Below are positions 17,203-20,325 of a DNA stretch of 20,325 bases, piece by piece. The position numbers and the translations under genes are program-made. The notes below the pieces were generated by a model. That model saw nothing but the letters and a program-made list of their open reading frames with translations. It was not told the DNA's origin and made no database searches. The stretch is taken from positions 1 to 20,325 of the forward strand of contig JBNJGH010000063.1 in the NCBI GenBank assembly GCA_051747585.1, written 5' to 3'. Position 1 is the first letter of the stretch, and each line of letters starts with the position of its first letter. Origin of the DNA: Candidatus Rifleibacteriota bacterium. Its GTDB lineage: Bacteria > Muiribacteriota > Ozemobacteria > Ozemobacterales > Ozemobacteraceae.

Positions 17203-17232
17203 CATCTTATTTTTCTTTTGTCCGCAAATTTA

Positions 17233-17451
17233 TAGCAATTCTCCATTTAGTGATATTAGAGAGTTTCAAAACATTTTTGTTTTTTTATTAAATATAAAAA
17301 TTTAGAATATCTAAGATTGCTTCGCTTCGACTCCGCTCAGCTCAAGCGCTTTGCTCGCAATGACAGCTCCAAATTGTCATTGCGAGGAGCGTAGCGACGA
17401 AGCAATCTAAATGTCTTGAAACGGTTATTAAAATCAAATGGAGAATAACTG
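17233..17451. mobile_element. MITE-like non-autonomous element, 219 bp
   Basis: Direct repeat GCAAATTTA at 17224-17232 and 17452-17460 (10 bp if the next T is counted). Outer inverted repeats TAGCAATTCTCCATTT versus reverse-complemented CAGTTATTCTCCATTT match 13/16. Inner inverted repeats GTTTCAAAACATTT (17263-17276) versus reverse-complemented GTTTCAAGACATTT (17409-17422) match 13/14. No ORF. Confidence 0.7.
17314..17408. repeat. REP-like inverted-repeat doublet (GTCATTGCGAG...CGAAGCAATCT type)
   Basis: AGATTGCTTCG (17314-17324) pairs perfectly with CGAAGCAATCT (17398-17408). CTCGCAATGACA (17354-17365) pairs perfectly with TGTCATTGCGAG (17375-17386) around a 9-nt loop. It is a GC-rich island in an AT-rich spacer. 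Confidence 0.85.
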
Positions 17452-17468
17452 GCAAATTTATTAATTGG

Positions 17469-17497
17469 TTGCAAATGCTGTTAGTGCCGATTAAAAT
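17469..17497 (+). promoter_or_regulatory. Putative sigma70-type promoter for the kinase-family gene
   Basis: TTGCAA (17469-17474), 17-nt spacer, TAAAAT (17492-17497), ending 29 nt before ATG 17527. Confidence 0.55.
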
Positions 17498-17526
17498 CAA
17501 GTTGAATACTATTATAAGGCTGTTTT

Positions 17527-18912
17527 ATGGTTTACTGGGTCAATGAGATAGGATCTGCTTTAATTGTTTCGGCAATTTTTATCTCCCTATTTGGTATAGG
17601 AGAAATATTAAGAGGCATTAGTTTCTGCTCACAGGAAGCTACAAGAAAGTTTGTTCATCTTTCGGGCGGTATTGTCTCATTGAGTTTCGCCTATATTTTT
17701 CACTCCCACTGGACAGTCCTGGCTTTATGCGTAGGATTTGTCGGCATGATGATTTTAAGCAAAAAGTTTGGCTTGTTGCCGTCTGTCCATGGAGTAAAAA
17801 GAAAGTCTTCGGGTGACCTGCTCCATCCCATAGCAATTTACCTTACTTTTTCTCTTACCAGCTATCTTGAAAAGCCTGATTACTACTTGATTTCCATAAT
17901 GGTATTGTCTGTTTCAGATGCTCTGGCTGCAATTATCGGAGTTTCTTATGGTTACAAGGTTTATCGAGTCGAAGAAGAGAAAAAAAGTATTGAAGGCTCG
18001 TTTATTTTTTTGCTTTCGACTTTTCTAATCGTTCACCTTGGCTTGCTTCTTCTTACTCATACCGGACGGCTGGAAAGTGTTTTAATCGCATTGCTCGTCT
18101 CTGTGCTGGTCACCTGCTTCGAAGCTTTATCGCTTGGCGGAGCCGATAATATCCTCATTCCGATTGGGACCTTGTTTATTCTGGAAAAGGTTGCCCATTT
18201 TGGTAATGCAGACCTAATTTTTAGAATTAGTTCGCTTGCCATGATATTTATTATTTTCTCAGTAGTAGGTAATCAAACAAGAAGGCTGGGGTCTTCTGGT
18301 ATTATTAGCATGTCATTGGTGGGGTACGGTGCCTGGATACTGGTAAATCCCTATTGGTATATTCCCGTATTTATTTGTACCATTCTTGTTTCGAGCTTTG
18401 ATCTTTTCCTGGAAATGCCCGGTAGTCAGGATGAGTTTGTAAGGGTAAGACCGATTTTTTATATGTTTATCGGATCTTTGTTCTGGCTTATCTGTGCAGG
18501 TTCAGGCCTGGCGGACGAAAAAACATTTTTTGTGCCTTACGTGGTAAGTTTTGCTTCGATATTGAGTATTCGCTGGAAGTGGTATCAGCGAGAAGGTAAT
18601 CTTATTTCCGGTCGTAAAAAGCGCTGGGTTCCCGATTTTCTGGCCGGCGGGAACTTTCTGGTACGCTCAATATTTCTTTCGATACTTTTTTTAACTGCAA
18701 ATGAATTCATTTTTCCCGATTTGGATCCCTGGTTTTCTTTCTTTACCTGCGTTGCCGGAATTATTGTTTCTGATTTGATTTATTGGGGAGTTGGAAAAAA
18801 ACATCACGGAAAATGGAGTAAAGTGGCTTTTCTGCGAATGAGTGTTTTGTCAACGATGACCGCTTCAATTCTGGTTTTTATAGCCAACCTCTGGTTTTAC
18901 AACCAGTTCTGA
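17527..18912 (+). CDS. CTP-dependent polyprenol/phytol/dolichol kinase family membrane protein (SEC59/DGK1/VTE5-like) with an extra C-terminal TM region
   Basis: EATRKFVHLSGG, SDALAAIIG, KKSIEGS and GADNILIP motifs lie in the N-terminal half. The protein is hydrophobic throughout. Confidence 0.85.
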   Translation: MVYWVNEIGSALIVSAIFISLFGIGEILRGISFCSQEATRKFVHLSGGIVSLSFAYIFHSHWTVLALCVGFVGMMILSKKFGLLPSVHGVKRKSSGDLLHPIAIYLTFSLTSYLEKPDYYLISIMVLSVSDALAAIIGVSYGYKVYRVEEEKKSIEGSFIFLLSTFLIVHLGLLLLTHTGRLESVLIALLVSVLVTCFEALSLGGADNILIPIGTLFILEKVAHFGNADLIFRISSLAMIFIIFSVVGNQTRRLGSSGIISMSLVGYGAWILVNPYWYIPVFICTILVSSFDLFLEMPGSQDEFVRVRPIFYMFIGSLFWLICAGSGLADEKTFFVPYVVSFASILSIRWKWYQREGNLISGRKKRWVPDFLAGGNFLVRSIFLSILFLTANEFIFPDLDPWFSFFTCVAGIIVSDLIYWGVGKKHHGKWSKVAFLRMSVLSTMTASILVFIANLWFYNQF

Positions 18913-18964
18913 TTTTATTCGCAATTCCGGAAAATTAGTAGGACCTGCCGAGAATTGATTTCAT

Positions 18965-20323
18965 CTATCTGGTGACCAGATTCAGGCTGTTTGCAGTGAA
19001 TTCAGGTAGCTTTTGCTGGTTTTCGATAAATTGAATAGCTGCTTCGCGCATAAAAATTCCACTGTCTTCAATACCTTCGACAGAGGCAAATAGTCTGTCT
19101 CCACCAAGGTTCCCGTTGGCAACAAATGATGAGGTGCAAACCCGATAAACTTTTTTAGCATCGATTGGTTCACCATTTACCCGAATATTTTCGAGTTTGT
19201 TGGTTGTCAGATTCATGGTTCCTGAAATTCCCGCCCATTGATAGCCTTCTAGTTCTATATAATTGTTGCACATATACTGCAACATTTCCTTTACCTGTTT
19301 TCCGGTCATAAGAAAATTTACCGCAGTGTTGTCATAGGGCAGGGCCTCGAATACCTCTCTCTTTGTGATCGGACCCGCTTCGATTCCCGCTCTTATGCCG
19401 CCTGAGTTTACCAGACAAATATCTGCATTGGTTGTCTCTTTCATTGCCGTAGCGGTAAAAGTACCCATAGGTAGAAGATGATCTTCTTTTTGCTTTTTAG
19501 GGTAGCTTAATGGCAATTCAGTATGGCCCACTACTTTCGACATTTCTTTTTCAAGCTGCTTGTTGTAATAGCTGACTATCTGTGAAACTTTCCCAGTTTC
19601 CTGGGGCTTGTATTTTTGATCTATAAGCTCTAAATGACCGCTATAGGCAGAAATGGTGCCATTATCTTCAAGCATGAGGTCGATAATTCCCAGAAAGATT
19701 CCATAGCGTCCGGCCTGAGCTACTATTGTACCGTTTAAGCCGTTTTGGCATGAATTGGAAGTGGTTGAATTTTTTATTAAAACAGGCTCAAATAGCTCGG
19801 TATGACTATGCCCCCCTATAATCAGGTCTATTTCGGGAATGTTTGCGGCCATAAGCTTGTCATATTCAAAGCCTGCATGAGAAAGAACTATAATTAAATC
19901 AACATGGTCACGAATTCTTTTTGCATATCTGCTAACCGTTTCGATTTGTGGTTTGGCATAGAGCTTTGCCTTACATTTAACTCCGATTCCTGCCCAGGCA
20001 TCATCACCTATGCTGCCAATAACTGCAATGTTTCTGCCCTGGCGTCTGAAAACCTGATAAGGCTGAAATGCAGGTTTATCATTGTTTCGATAAAAAACAT
20101 TACAGCATAAGAGGCGCAGACCAGATGCCTGCAGTTGCTCAAGCAGATTCTCAAGGCCCAGATCAGGTTCGTGGTTTCCCAGGGTTGTAGCATCGTAGCC
20201 ACAGGCTTTTGCAACTTTAAAGCAGGCTTCGCCTTTGAAAAAGTTGAAAAAGGGTGTCCCCTGAAACAGGTCGCCGGCATCTAAAACCAGCGCCTGAGGA
20301 GTTTGACGTTGCAAAATGTTTAT
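18965..20323 (-). CDS. Bifunctional metallophosphatase/5'-nucleotidase (UshA-like), 5'-truncated by the window edge
   Basis: Calcineurin-like motifs LDAGD, LGNHE, LSH and GGHSH, plus a 5'-nucleotidase C-terminal domain (NSGGIRA, LPYDN). The frame stays open past 20314 (INILQRQTP...), and the first DxH motif lies outside the window. Confidence 0.93.
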   Translation of the reverse strand: MNILQRQTPQALVLDAGDLFQGTPFFNFFKGEACFKVAKACGYDATTLGNHEPDLGLENLLEQLQASGLRLLCCNVFYRNNDKPAFQPYQVFRRQGRNIAVIGSIGDDAWAGIGVKCKAKLYAKPQIETVSRYAKRIRDHVDLIIVLSHAGFEYDKLMAANIPEIDLIIGGHSHTELFEPVLIKNSTTSNSCQNGLNGTIVAQAGRYGIFLGIIDLMLEDNGTISAYSGHLELIDQKYKPQETGKVSQIVSYYNKQLEKEMSKVVGHTELPLSYPKKQKEDHLLPMGTFTATAMKETTNADICLVNSGGIRAGIEAGPITKREVFEALPYDNTAVNFLMTGKQVKEMLQYMCNNYIELEGYQWAGISGTMNLTTNKLENIRVNGEPIDAKKVYRVCTSSFVANGNLGGDRLFASVEGIEDSGIFMREAAIQFIENQQKLPEFTANSLNLVTR

Positions 20324-20325
20324 TA

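Noticed and set aside
17314..17408. Hairpin considered as a tRNA, CRISPR repeat, riboswitch or terminator
   Set aside because: There is no cloverleaf, no direct repeat-spacer periodicity, no cas genes and no U tract. It lies between divergent 5' ends, upstream of both predicted promoters.
18922..18957. Weak inverted repeat CAATTCCGG ... CCGAGAATTG between the convergent kinase and nucleotidase genes
   Set aside because: The stem is bulged with a 17-nt loop and only a short T tract; too weak to call a terminator.
14954..20280. Short ORFs overlapping the sensor, exported protein, kinase and nucleotidase genes, considered as possible frameshift fragments
   Set aside because: The main frames are continuous and keep their motifs in order, so no frameshift is needed.

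Overview
A gene-dense bacterial chromosomal window with no rRNA, tRNA, CRISPR array or transposase. On the + strand, the 3' part of a very large exported-type protein (open off the left edge) is followed by three type IV pilin-like genes (PilV/GspI-, PilX/GspK- and PilW/GspJ-like) and a secreted protein. Next come a stand-alone 84-aa PcrA/UvrD-type Tudor-like protein with its own promoter and terminator, a HEAT+TPR repeat protein and a membrane-anchored class III adenylate cyclase. These end at a perfect bidirectional terminator shared with a convergent iorAB operon. The rest holds a UDP-glucuronate 4-epimerase, a PilS-like membrane/PAS/coiled-coil/GAF sensor with no output domain, a probably leaderless exported protein, a CTP-dependent polyprenol/phytol-kinase-family gene and a 5'-nucleotidase (open off the right edge). 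The clearest unannotated DNA structure is a 219-bp MITE-like insertion at 17233-17451, with a 9-10 bp direct repeat, bipartite terminal inverted repeats and an internal REP-like hairpin. The best candidate for a new system is a possible pilus-tip/surface-sensing and cAMP module; this is an inference from gene neighbourhood only. All protein calls come from motif recognition by eye, and no database searches were run.
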